Of a DNA stretch of 64,000 bases, positions 25,401 through 38,649 are shown piece by piece. Positions within the stretch are counted from its first letter, which is position 1, and every line of letters begins with the position of its first letter. Where the stretch lies: NCBI RefSeq assembly GCF_006345805.1, contig NC_043002.1, positions 118,606,001 to 118,670,000 of the forward strand, in the 5' to 3' direction. This DNA comes from Octopus sinensis (lineage: Eukaryota). The translations under genes and the position numbers were made by a program. A model generated the notes under the pieces. That model saw only the letters and a list, made by a program, of their open reading frames with translations. It was not told the DNA's origin and ran no database searches.

Positions 25401-25916
25401 GTGAACCTCATGACACCACTTTTTTTCGATTCGATTTATTATTATTATTACTAGTATTGTTGTTATACATACATACATACATACATACAAGCATATGTAA
25501 TGATAATAATAAGTGGATGTAAACACATGAACAAAATAAGAATAAACAAAAACAACAACGACAAAAACAAAATACAAATTACATGAACGTATATAAACAG
25601 AAGATACAAATATTACAGGCATCCCCCCACATACACACACTAAATAAACATAGACGCACATAGAGATATAAGCATGGGCAAATGAAGACATACAATAGAA
25701 ATACAAAATGGCTGACGGTTAATAAGGAGAGACACAAATAAGAAAGAAGAAAACAAAGGACCACTGATGCGGTCACAGGAGTGTGACGAAAGAACTCTGG
25801 CCGAAATAAGATTAAGATTAATGTAAAAAATAAATAACACTGAAGCAAAATAACACCAAATATATAGTGCGTGTGTTTTTATTGGCTAAACTGGCAAAAT
25901 GACCATTCCGAAATAT

Positions 25917-25955
<39 letters not shown>

Positions 25956-28319
25956 ATATTCCTGAGCGTTATACTAATACATCTGTTTGTTTTGAATTAA
26001 AGGAACATGAAGATGCTGTTATGTTACAAGATATCAAAATGAAAGATCGAGCCATTTGACTTTATGTATAATTGTGTCCCCGTGAAATCTCGGGGCTTCA
26101 AATTTCCTAAATGACATACTCAGTTTCCGTATTAAAAACTGAAAAATAAAGAATTAATGATTTTTAAGATAAATATATTATCATAAGAGAATTAAGATAT
26201 TTTCAATTATTTTAATTTTTACTTATTTATTTATTTATTTTTAGGAATAAACAACTTTTAAATATTTCCATCTTCACTTAGATTGTTTTCAGGTTCTTTA
26301 TTTTTAGATATATTATTAGACTCGAAAAAAGAAACCGTTATCCAAACCAATGCTCACTATACCAATAAATCGATATTCATTTTAATGCCATTTAAATGTA
26401 TTTTTACCAAGACAGCTACGTTGCTATCTGCACCGGGCTGACATCAGCTCAACACAGATTTTCAGTAAGCTCTGTATATACGGCCTCATTTAGTTTTCTA
26501 AGTTTTCACTGTATTTATTAATTATGGACATATTACTCCATAGTGTTATATAACTTCCTTTGTTGCACTATATGTTTGACTGTTTGTAACTTTGATACTT
26601 CATTTTTCATAAAGCATAGCACTGACATCAGTTGAATATAGCTGCCTGTTGTAAAAAAGAAATTTAGGTAAAAATATAGTATTAAAAATGTACATCTTGG
26701 TTTAGAAAGGTGTGTTGTAGTTCGAATCCAGACCGAGATTATGTCAAATATAGGAAAAAACGCTCTATAACAATCGAAATGTAGAGTAGATGTAAATATG
26801 AAAAAAAAAAGGAGAAAATTTCGTCTTTAAATATGAAATTGATATTCCCAAAATTTAGAAATGCATTAACAATAACTCATCTCAGACATTTAAACATTTA
26901 GTATTCAGTCGTTCTTCAAAAACTTCATATATTTTTTTGCGCGTGTATGTGTGTAAATGGATAATTTATATATTATTACTGATGAATGAATAGAGTTATA
27001 GTTTCGACAGAAGAGGTAATTTCAAATGTATAAGAAACTACATTTTCCCCGTTGAACAGAATTGTGCATAGACAATGGAAACGTTCTTTAAAATTCTCGA
27101 CTTCATTGACATCTTTGAACAGCCTCACAAAGGCCGACAAACGACTGACTCATATTATCCACTGGAAGGTCATAATGTTCAACGAAGGGCAATTTCTCAG
27201 GCTTATGGATCTACTACATTGACTCTAATTTATTTAGATTATAGCCATGTTAAATATAATTACAGCCAATGTTTGCGATCAATATCAGTTTGTCTTTATC
27301 CGTATAAAACACCAATATTTGATCCCGAATTAATTGTTATGAATTAAATTATTAAATCTACTTCCAAATTGATACATTTTAGTTAGCAATGCAAGTAAGA
27401 AATTTGACGCCTAAGATAATCTAATTGTGATGGCCTTTGACAATTATTTTCTTCTGAAGATTTTTTAGGTAATATTTTCCTTTCCTTTATAAATGAATAA
27501 GAATTTGATATTATTATTAACATTCACTAAAAAGTTATACATTCAGTTATACATTCGCTAAAAAGAGAAGAAAAGGAATCTCAACTTTTTATGAGAGTCA
27601 AATAAAAAATTTTCTATTCAAACTAAAAATTATTATTTAAATTTGATTAAATGATGAGTGTTTACTCCAATTTGCTTCAAGACTAAACATATTCATTTTA
27701 TTCGAGCAAAAACAAATATTGTTTCAGTTTTGTACAGATACACACATAAATGAAACAGAAGTCAATATCAATCATTGAATTTACAAATATATATTTTTAG
27801 CCAACCGTAGCTTTTCTCAAGGTCTATACTAAAGTTATACAGCACGCATACCCAGCATTCCTCAATAATGATTGCACTGCACGTAGTATCCCTTTAGTTA
27901 AAGCTGTCGCATTTTCTGTTCGTTTTCTTTTCAATTCCAACAAGAAAAAACATAATCTCCAAGGGCAAAACTTCTATAATCACTGCAACCCAACAAGGTT
28001 AATAATCCTGATAATGATTATGCCATTAATTTGAAACAGCAATCTCCCTAGATAGATTTCTGATCTAATTAAACTCTTCAAACTTTATCGTATACTATGG
28101 AGTCACACAAATGATTTCAATTTCGAAGAAAAGTAATCTGTCAACTGCTATTATATATATTATCTCCAGTATAGCAGAAACTATACAAACATGTAAATAC
28201 CTACTTTATTTAGAACCTGGAAAAGTCATCATTATTTTGAGTTATTTATGTACAGACACACACATAAATGAAATAGAAGTTTATATTAATTATTGAATTT
28301 ATAAATATATATAACTTTT

Positions 28320-28480
28320 TTCTATTTTCTCTCCCTGTATATTTCTGTGTTTCCTTTCTGTAGAAGAGCGTAGGCTCGAAACATAAAAGACTTTCTCACT
28401 TCCCAAGCGTTAAACTAATACATCTGTTTGTTGTTTACACACCCGTCTTCGTCTTTTGTGATTTTTGTAAATTTTCATAG
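28320..28480 (+). repeat. Penelope-derived repeat D with hammerhead-like motif (core at 28358)
   Basis: CTTTCTGTAGAAGAGCGTAGGCTCGAAACATAAAAGAC. ACGT has become ACAT, consistent with CpG decay. Confidence 0.7.
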
Positions 28481-29199
28481 GAGTAGATCTACTATGACTG
28501 GCTTTTTTTTTTGTACGTCCTATCAACTCTCTTGTTTTGACGTGGTCTTCGAACACGAGGTACACCGTTTCTCACCGCTCGATACGAAAGCTTTCTTTCA
28601 GATCGCTCTCTGCAAAGTACCTGAGATTTTATTTACTTCGGTGTGCTCTTAAGCGCTTTTTCTGTACAGCAATGACATATTTGATTATCTTTAGCTACGT
28701 TCAGTCCTACAAACCTACATTTTCTTTGCACTTTCACACATAAACATATCTACATGATACCTCATGCAAGAGCGGATGCTTCAAAAGCAAATTACTTACT
28801 TTTAGCAATACTAAGATATCTATAATGGTTACACGATATTGATAGCACCGAAGAACCTTATCAATACTCGGCTGAAACTCTAAAATTTCTACAAATGTTA
28901 CATAACATATTTAACATAAGAGCTGCATGAGAAATAGGCTTTCTCTTCAGATTCAGAAAACATTCCACCTGGTCGTCTACAAAAATCCATATACGTTCAA
29001 CATTATTGCTGATGTTCGTGGATCACTACTTTCTCAAAGGTCATTCGTCTGACTGCCAAATATTAGCTTACACTACAGCCATTAGCTTCCGGTTTTTTCT
29101 TTCTCTCTGCAACAATCTCTGCCGTGTGCAACTTCTGCGCATGTCTAGTCGATGGACCTGACTCGTCTCATTCCATCTATAGTTCACTTCCTATGCATG

Positions 29200-29601
29200 C
29201 ATAAAAACTACAGCTTTATGAACTCACTTCCCGAGCTGGGGAATATAAACATCTTTAACCTTTGATCTGCGTAATTAAACTCATTGGCCATTCCCGTAAT
29301 GATGTTAATTATCCACCAGAAAATATAATTAATATTTTCTTCTCCTGCAGTATCAGTATCTTCTTTAGGTACGGTTTTTAATATACACAATTAAAAGTAT
29401 TTGATTATCACTCCGTAAAAAGATATTTGATGAAATATGTGGAAACATTAAAAAAAATTTCAAAAATTGTCTTTTGTAAAAAGGGTCACTGAGCATGTCT
29501 CCGCTTCTTGTAGTATTTGGAGAGATGTTTTCAAAAGCACCGTAGTTAACGGAAATAAAATTTTGAGCAGCTCTATCCGCTGGCAGCATTCAGAGGGTTA
29601 A
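29200..29601 (-). mobile_element. Possible piggyBac-type terminus and relic
   Basis: GCAGCATTCAGAGGG-TTAA (reverse complement TTAA-CCCTCTGAATGC), plus a weak IINII..NEFNYADQ match. No second end found. Confidence 0.25.
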
Positions 29602-30214
29602 ACATCTTTATTACTTAACCAGGTCCAGTAATATTATCCCCTTGGTTTTATCATTAACATAATCCTTTCTATTATAGGTGAACACAGAGGATGATGCAAT
29701 CGACTTATCTCCTCCTCCTCCCAACTGGCTGGCCTTGGGACAAAATTTGAAACCAATATGTTAGCATGATTTAAATGAAAATAACTGAATGTAACATAGT
29801 AGATATAATTACAATAGGATCTAAAAAAAAATTTAATTCCATAAGTATGAAAATTATAATAATTTAGTTTATAACTATAATTGTAGTTATTCAGAAACAT
29901 AAGAGAAAATAATAATATTATTCAAAAACAAATATAAATTGTCGTCTTCCTTTCTTACTAATCACTATTTCTTTTAAAATAACAAGGTAAATATTTACAA
30001 GGGAGAGGCAAATTTAACAAAAATTATGACCAGTTTATTATTCGAACGTTTAATGTATACAACAAAATATATTTATCTCTCTCTGAACATCTTTAAAATT
30101 TTATCTATTAAAAAAAAATTCTGAATAACGAAATACATGACAGACTCGTGTGTTAATTGCAGTCTCACATTATACTGAGTAGGGTGAGTCTGAAAATGTG
30201 TTATTAAATACCGC

Positions 30215-30415
30215 AGCCAAGGCAACAATCTGTTTCGAAAAAATCATTGGAATATTTGTTCCAGCGTTTCACGTTCAGGTTTCAAATCTCTCGAAGATCA
30301 ACTTTATATTTCATTTCTTGGGGAGGGGGGAGTCGATAAAGTAAAGTACCAACCAAGTATTGGGATCCACTAACCCTCAAAATTGCTGGCGTCGTACCTA
30401 AATTAGAAACCATTA
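30215..30415 (+). mobile_element. SINE family B, old copy
   Basis: GTCGATAAAGTAAAGTACC and the tail CCTAAATTAGAAACC. Confidence 0.55.
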
Positions 30416-31784
30416 ATACATACTTCAACTCCTTTTACGTTAGACAAAAAGCAACTTATATTAAGAGGAAAGTTAACAGTCAATGCGAGAAAGGGGTTTA
30501 TTTACATGCAACGCTTAGTTGGTTGCTGCTACAATATCTTCTTTGATAGCTTAGTACATTATACTGCTATTATTCATTCCACTGTTCCAGTAGCTACTGT
30601 AATTGATATCTACGAGATCGAACCATTAAAGTACTTAAATATTGTATTTTGGTGGGGAACATCTTTTAGTGAATGCTATTTCATTACACGTCTTTAATGT
30701 AGGTATCATTTTCATCTTTAACGCAACAATAAATAATACGATTAATTTGTGGTAGAAGCAATTCTCTTATCGATATCTAACACAGCATCTTTAACTTTAG
30801 TATCTTAGAAGAAGTAGCGGTAGTAGAAGTGCAATAGGATACGCAATAGTATCTTTTAGTGTAGCAGCAGCAACAATGGCAGTAACAGAAACAACATTAG
30901 CATTCGCAATGGCAGTAAAACATGTAGTAACTACATTAACAATTACAGGTAAACTTCAGTATATCACTTTTATAAGGCATTCTGGAGACATGCGACAGTC
31001 TGAAAGCGTAAGATATAAAATAGAAACATGGTTGCAATTACATAATATACTGTCACCTAATCATCTGGTTTTAAAATTCCCAACTATTTATTACCACTTT
31101 TTTTTTTATCTAAAAGAAATTCGTTTGACAGCATCTATTTTAAATTGTAAACCTTGGCACTTCTTAAAGAGGACAAAGTAGTTACAGGGTTGCAGAACAA
31201 GTGGAGGTGATAATGGTTTTGTGTTTTGTTAGGTGTATGAGTCGATATTGACTGTGTTAGCTGCTGATCTGTTTGTGTGCACTTGCACTTACAAAAGCTG
31301 TATTGGTTGACCTCAACGATGCGACATTACAGTGTCCTCTGCAAGGCAATAACCTGAGCAAGGTTGTATCGAAGATCACCAGCTGCACATCCAGTAGGTT
31401 TTCCTTTCCTACAACTCCAATGTTATCCAAGGGAAGAACAAGAATTAACACAGCTTGGCACCAGCATCGTCACAGAAATTGCGGAAATGAAGTCAAAGAC
31501 TATATCAGACTACTTTAGGGATTCCTGCTCCTAATATGTAGACCATTAAATAAACGCTAGTACTTGCTTGGAGCTAGTAATTTCTTTCCATCGGATGAAA
31601 GGTAAAGGATGAAAGGTAAAGCTGACCTTGGATGAAATAAACACTACATAACATTTATCCGATGATTTAATGATCCTGCCTTATTAAAATATATCTGAAC
31701 ATAATATCAGACTGCTAATGTGTCTTTGAACATCCACATGTACGCCATGCTCTCAATGACTACATAAGTTTTTTATGTCCTTTT

Positions 31785-32482
31785 CTAATCTAGGCATAAG
31801 GCCCGAAATTTTTGGGGAGGGGGTCAGTCGATTAGATCTACTTCAGTATGCAACTGGTACTTAATTTATCGACCCCGAAAGGATGAAAGGCAAAGTCGAC
31901 CTTGGCGGAATTTGAACTCAGATAATAAAGACAAATAAAATACCTATTTCTTTACTACCCACAAGGGGCTAAACACAGAGGGGACAAACAAGGACAGACA
32001 AACGGATTAAGTCGATTACATCTCGTAGATATCAATTACAGTAGCTGGTACTTAATTTACCGACCCCGAAAGGATGAAAGGCAAAGTCGACCTTGGCGGA
32101 ATTTGAACTCAGAACGGCAGACGAAATACGGCCACGCATTTCGCCCGGCGTGCTAACGTTTCTGCCAGCTCGCTGCCTTATTAAAATATATATGAACATA
32201 ATATCAGACTGCTAATATGACTCAGATAATAAAGACAAATAAAATACCTATTTCTTTACTACCCACAAGGGGCTAAACACAGAGGGGACAAACAAGGACA
32301 GACAAACGGATTAAGTCGATTACATCTCGTAGATATCAATTACAGTAGCTGGTACTTAATTTACCGACCCCGAAAGGATGAAAGGCAAAGTCGACCTTGG
32401 CGGAATTTGAACTCAGAACGGCAGACGAAATACGGCCACGCATTTCGCCCGGCGTGCTAACGTTTCTGCCAGCTCGCTGCCT
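31785..32482 (-). mobile_element. SINE family B cluster (dimer, partly duplicated)
   Basis: Three GACCCCGAAAGGATGAAAGGCAAAGTCGACC bodies and two heads. Confidence 0.85.
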
Positions 32483-32523
32483 TATTAAAATATATATGAA
32501 CATAATATCAGACTGCTAATATG
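31916..32523. repeat. Perfect 304-bp tandem duplication
   Basis: 31916-32219 and 32220-32523 appear identical on base-by-base reading. Confidence 0.9.
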
Positions 32524-33534
32524 ACTTTGAATATCCACCAGACAACTGTATTACAGTTTACATAGTAGAGAGACTACCATTCTCTCTTCTCAGATCAGAT
32601 AACCGCACTATTATTTTATCTCTAAACAATATTTCATAAGTCACTTAGTGCTGCAGAATAAATTAAACTAATATCCAAACAGAGAGGTATCTGACCTCAG
32701 TTCAATGAATTAACTACTTAGAGTTTAACGCAAATTACATAATACGCACCAATTTCTGATAGGTAACTGACCTACGATGTTTATGATAGAAAATAGAATA
32801 TAAGATATATTGATCTGTTGACCTAGAAATATGGAAGGAGGTGTCTGTCAAATGATAAGATCACTTTCTCATCAATGCGTCCTACTGATCTACTGTAAAT
32901 ATCATGCAATATCAACTAAAAGCTAAACCCCGAATGCCGGTGGCGGTTTAAGAGCCAATGCTTGGCTTTGCTTTCCTTGCATAGGACAACTGTCTACTGC
33001 AAATAATATTCTCGGGTGGTCTGTTATCTACACCCAACTAAGTGAACTAGGACACTGTAGAGTAATGTATTCTGCTCAGAGTCCAAAGGTGTGTTGGAAT
33101 TCACTTTGGTCCAATTCTGAATTTGATGTCTACGAATTTTTTGTACCTTATCGTTTCCAAACAGTAAATATGCAGCTATTATTCTGTTAAGTACCAGTAT
33201 TAGTTCATAAGAAATTAACCGGGGCTGTTTGAGGATTTTGGAATAAACAATGTAGAGAGACTAATTCGATGGTTGAACTGGAAGTTAAGAGTAGAGGTGT
33301 ATTGTAGGGTATGTGATGCATTTAAACTATTGAACTATTACTTCTGTTAGACACACACCACTCAGTGTAAAACATAGGTACTATACTAGGACACTTGAAT
33401 TTACAGACTTCAGTTTATGCTGTGCATAAAAATGTCCGTCGTTCCTTCTGAGTTACATAATATAATCCTAAATAGTAGCACTCCATTTTCAGTACGCCAT
33501 GGTCACAATGACTACATAAATTCTTTATATTCTT

Positions 33535-33917
33535 TTCTACTCTAGGCACAAGGCCCGAAATTTTTGGGGAGGGGCTCAGTCGATTAAATCGACTTCAGTA
33601 TGCAACTGGTACTTAATTTATCGACCCCGAAAGGATGAAAGGCAAAGTCGACCTTGGCGGAATTTGAACTCAGAGAATAAAGACAGACGAAATACCTATT
33701 TCTTTACTACCCATACGGGGGTAAACACAGAGGGGACAAACAAGGACAGACAAACGGATTAAGTCGATTATATTGGCCCCAGTGCGTAACTGGTACTTAT
33801 TTAATCGACCCCAAAAGGATGAAAGGCAAAGTCGAATTTGTACTCAGAACGTAGCGGCAGACGAAATACCGCTAAGCATTTCGCCCGTATACTCACGTTT
33901 CTGCCAGCTCACCGCCT
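33535..33917 (-). mobile_element. Dimeric SINE family B
   Basis: Same two-body layout as 14378-14768, in reverse orientation. Confidence 0.85.
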
Positions 33918-33949
33918 TAAACTAGTTCTTTATATTACAATATAAAGAA

Positions 33950-34104
33950 CTTATTAAACTGGAAAATTAAGAACCAATGAACCGTAGAAATTAGGAGAAG
34001 AGTTCATACTTATCTTCCTTTGATAATTATCAATGGAAGATAAAAATGAACTCTTTTCCCTAATTTCTACGGTTCATTGGTTCTTAATTTTCCAGTTTAA
34101 TAAG
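33950..34104. repeat. 155-bp near-perfect inverted repeat (fold-back)
   Basis: Outer 46 bp are perfect. The inner 30 bp or so have a few mismatches and one indel, with centre GATA-AT-TATC. Confidence 0.92.
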
Positions 34105-34353
34105 GCAAGTTTTTAAAAATTTTATTTCGGAAGATCCACTATTTCATTTTTCTTAAAGGTAGTATCAAGTCTGGTTAAGAGCATTCTCGTTCTTTTTAAA
34201 CATATTTTACTTCAGATTACTGTATTGTCTATATCTTTCCTTTTTTAAAGTCGATCTCCGGTTGAAACTTCGTCGAGATTAGCCTTGATTTATTTCCATT
34301 AACATAGTTGATTTAAAGATGTAACCACTGACTCTGCTTTTGAGAAAGACCTA

Positions 34354-35629
34354 TCAAATCATCCCATAAGTGCTGTCCAAATTTTAAATAAAGAAAACAA
34401 GTGATCAACTGTTATATTTAATTGAAATCTAATCATCAATGTACTTTCCCTGATTATCTATGACTTCCTTCCATCTATTTACAAGCTTTTTAATCCCATC
34501 AATGTAAAACTCTTTTGGTTTCAAAGCGAAGAACTCTGAAATGTCAGTTTCAACCTCCCACAGGCTTGCGAAAGTTATGTCCCCCAAATGATTCTGTAAA
34601 CTACGAAACAAATAGTAGTCTGAAGGAGCAAGGTCGGGACAATAAGGTGGATGAAGAATTTTTTCCCAACCAAACTCTTCGATTTTCTGTGATGCGATCT
34701 TTGCAGTGTGGGGCCGCGCATTGTCCTGATGAAACATCACTCCTTTTTATTCACTAAAATGGGTCTTTTTTTCTTCAAAGCTTGGTTCAAACGCTCTAAT
34801 TGCTGACAGTAGACTTGAACATTGATTGTTGCATTAGGTGGTAACAATTCAAAGTGCATTATTCCTCTGCAATCCCACCAGATAGAGAGAAGAACCTTTT
34901 CCTCATGAAGTTCTCTTCTCAGTTGTGGTTGAGCTTTTTTCCTTTTGCCAAGCCACTGTTTACGACGTTTAACATTTCGATAGAAGATCCATTTTTCGTT
35001 ACCAGTCACAAGTCTATCCAAAAAGGGTGAAATGAGTTCGCGAGAATGGAGAGAAGAGCAGATATCAACTCGGGATCTGCGGTTGCTTTCAGACAATTCA
35101 TGAGGCACCCATTTTCCAAGTTTAGGAACCTTTTCAAGTTGTTGAAGATGACGATGAACAGTTGTATGGTTTGAACTAAGCTTTATTGCCAATTCTTCAA
35201 CTGATAATGCAGAATTTTCTTCAAGTAATGCCTCAAGGAGCTTATCATCAAACTCAACTGGACGTCTTCATTTCCAAGGCTGAAATCTCCACTTCTGAAT
35301 TTTGCAAACCATCTTCTGCAAGTTCTTTCATTCAAGCACTCTTTCCCATAAATTAAGTGTATGTTTCGAGTCGCTTCGGCTGCAGAGTTTCCTTTTTCCT
35401 ACTCATAAAGCATTATGTGCCTCAAATGCTCTTTGGATACTTCCATGTTAGAAATGGTTTTAATCAAAGAAATTTTAATTCTATTATTCTGTAAAATAAT
35501 ATTTAATTAGTTTAAATGTACACAAATGCATAAAAATAATTTAAAATTCCATTAGACATTCTAAGATACTATTAAATTCCATTCAATTTTAAAAAGGTAA
35601 AATTGGACAGTACTTATGGGATGACTTGA
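34354..35629 (-). mobile_element. Full-length mariner element (1276 bp)
   Basis: TIRs TCAAATCATCCCATAAGTGCTGTCCAA and TTGGACAGTACTTATGGGATGACTTGA, with TA on the left and TG on the right. Confidence 0.9.
34429..35446 (-). pseudogene. Mariner D,D34D transposase, inactivated
   Basis: MEVSKEHLRHIMLYE*, RRWFAKFRSGDFSL, KLGKWVPHEL, LVTGNEKW (first catalytic Asp replaced by Asn), HQDNARPH and PDLAPSDYYLF, with frameshifts. Confidence 0.92.
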
Positions 35630-35890
35630 TGTTTTTATGAAGCAAATTTTATGATTAGCGGAGTCTAGCTGAGTGTATCAACTCCAACTATAAACTAGAG
35701 TATATCAAAGAAACAAAAGTTAAACACAATTTGTAGACGATTTACGCATTTTTAATTTTGATTTTTATGGACTACTTTCTGAATGCCCTCAATTTCTGTA
35801 TGTTAGCCATGCTGTGCAACTGTGGATCCCAAAAGTTAATGCTTGCATTTACTTATTATGAATATATTACTTCCGATACACACACACACA

Positions 35891-35943
<53 letters not shown>

Positions 35944-36050
35944 ACACACACACACACAGAACAAATATTACATTTGCTGTATGAATATATGATTTCATAC
36001 CATACCTTTAGGTCAATTTATTTATCTCTGCAATATTTGATTTACTAGAA

Positions 36051-36200
36051 AGGTAGTGTGGTAAGTAGCTTGCTTACCAACCACATGGTTCCGGGATCAG
36101 TCCCACTGCGTGACACCTTGGACAAGTGTCTTACTATAGCCTCGGGCAGACCAAAGCCTTGTGAGTGGATTTGGTAGACGGAAACTGAAAGAAGCCTGTC

Positions 36201-36250
<50 letters not shown>

Positions 36251-36476
36251 TATATATATATACCTGTGTGTGTGTGTTTGTGTGTCTGTGTTTGTCCCCC
36301 CAACATCACTTGACAACCGATGCTGGTGTGTTTACGTCCCTGTAACTTAGCGGTTCGACAAAAGACTGGGAGAATAAGTACTACGCTTACAAAGAATAAG
36401 TCCTGGGGTCGATCTACTCGACTAAAGGCGTTGCTCCAGCATGGCCGCAGTCAAATGACTGAAACAAGTAAAAGAG
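36051..36476 (+). mobile_element. SINE family A, intact reference copy
   Basis: Head, (TA)n(TG)n, body and tail CAGCATGGCCGCAGTCAAATGACTGAAACAAGTAAAAGAG. Confidence 0.88.
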
Positions 36477-36548
36477 TTGTCTTACTCTTAGTTTTAGCGA
36501 AAATCTGTTGCAGACACTTTCTCTACTCCATTTCTCATTGCATGCATG

Positions 36549-36580
36549 CATCTATCTGTCTATCTATCTATCTATCTATC

Positions 36581-36642
<62 letters not shown>
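36549..36642. repeat. (ATCT)n microsatellite
   Basis: Read directly from the sequence. Confidence 0.95.
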
Positions 36643-38649
36643 AAGCTTTCGATAGGGTAGACCATCGATACTCAGAGCGGCTGGTTTCGGTCCCGTCTTC
36701 TGCGGCTGCATAGCCGCTTTGTACAGAGGCATCCGTTCGGTAATTCGCGTAAATGGACATCTATCGATACCTTTCGACATCGCACGTTCGGTCCGTCGCT
36801 TCTATACGTATTGACTCTCGAGCCATAATTGCGGAAGCTGGCAACTCTGAGGGGCATCTCGCGAGAACTGGGATGCGGGACGAGCGTGTCTGCATACGCG
36901 GACAACGTCACCGTCATAGTGTCTAGCCACGAGCACATCGAACAGGTCGGCGAGACATTGAAAAACTACGAAGCGGTGACAGGAACGAAAATCAACCGGG
37001 AAAAATCAGTGGGCTTGCGACTCGGCACCTGGAGAAGCAAGCCCATGCCGTCCACCAGCGCCTCCGTCGTGGGACGCTGGACCGACAGTCCGGTCGAGTT
37101 GCTCGGGGTCTGGTTTGGTCCGGACCTCCAAATGGAGAAGAACTGGAACGAGATAACCAGTAGGGTGGTCACTCTCGCCCGGCAATGGGCCGAGAGGAAA
37201 CTGTCCCTAAAAGGTCAGGCGGAGGTGGCGAACTCGTACATCGCGTCCGTCGTGACCATCGTGCCTTGTTCCGATCCTACCATCACCAAACTAGAACGCA
37301 TTCTCTTTCGCTTCTTGTGGAAAGGATGCGTCCCGATGGTCAGGGGATCCATTTGCTGTCAACACCCGTTAAAAGGAAGGCTGGGCATGCCGTGGTTGAT
37401 GATGCACAGACACGCGCTGAGACTGCGACATCTCAGGCTCCACGTAGACGACGGTGAACAGGTGTGGTCGCCGTTTGTGAGGCGCGCTTTCCCGCAGCTC
37501 GTCTCCATGACCGAACTGCAGTCGTGGATCAAAAAGAGGCCGAGAAAGGGCGAATGGCACCGCGAGTGTCGCGTTGCTCTCAAGCAATTCTGCCGTCCCG
37601 GGTCGACCTTGAGTGACTCCAACACAACCCAAGCATTCTATAGGGGATTAGTGGAGGGGAGGTACGATGACGAGCTCGGGGCGAACCTGGACGTCGACGA
37701 GGAATACCTGACCCGCCTGTTCAAGACGACTTTCGAGCCAGGGCCCATGGACAACTTCCAGAGATCCCTGGCCTGGCAGTGCTACCGAGAAGCGCTACCC
37801 GTTCGGGATAAGCTCTACAGACACGGCTCGAGAAACACGGGGCCGACCTGCCCGAGATGCGGTCAGAGCGACGAAACCGTTCTGCACGCACTCGTGCAGT
37901 GTCCAACAATTTCCGACCTGTGGGCTTACGTCGAACAACTGCTGTCGCGTGTGGGACGAGTCGGTTTATCAGCCGAGTCTATCGTCAATATTGTCACGCC
38001 TCCTTCCTTCAAACGGGAAGGAAGAGCTATTTTCATCATCCTTGTGGCTATGGCGAAAGAATGTATCTGGTGGATGCGTCTGAAAGGATTAGAGACAAAC
38101 ACTTTCCTCTCTGGTCAATCTCTCATCAACTTCTTCAAGTATCACTTGAAAAGGAAAGTGAGAGTAGAGAGGCAATTTTTGTCTAGCGAATGTTTTAAAA
38201 AAAGATGGGTGAACGTAACAAGGATAGCATGTATGAATGACGAAGCCACCTTGAGCATGATCCTACGAACCCGGAAATTGAAAACAGAGGGTTACCCACT
38301 TGCAAGCAAATGAGGTAACATGTAACAATATTGACCGAGGTTACCGTGGTCTTTTTCGTAGGCTTTTCTTCCCACGGATAAACTTTATCTGCTTCCCCCT
38401 TTTTACCGTACATTATGACACTGTCCCTATTGATCGTTTTTTTCTTTTTCCCCTTTTTTCCTTTTTTTTCCTCCTTTTTTCCTTTTTCTTTTCTTTTGTT
38501 TCTTTTCCTTTTTTTCTTTTTTTCTTCTTTCCCTTTTACGATCCTTTTTGATCGAAAACCTACCCCACTTTTTTTTTTCCAAAAAAAGAAAAGCTCTACT
38601 TTGTAATCTGTCCCGTCTGTGTGCAGCCCTGTGTGGCTAATAAAGAAGC

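Noticed and set aside
24935-25522. 195-aa plus-strand ORF rich in T and I
   Set aside because: It is the antisense shadow of the Penelope-like ORF and its triplet repeats.
25764-25810. Second hammerhead-like string CTGATGC..GTCAC/GTGAC..GAAA
   Set aside because: A9 is C, there is no convincing stem I or III, and it is single-copy in the window.
26437-26632. Two 12-bp symmetric TGACATCA (CRE/MARE-like) sites
   Set aside because: Short motifs like this are expected by chance, and there is no linked gene.
31237-31518. Signal-peptide-like LLICLCALALTKA ORF
   Set aside because: There are two in-frame stops between the nearest ATG and the hydrophobic stretch, and no recognisable domain.
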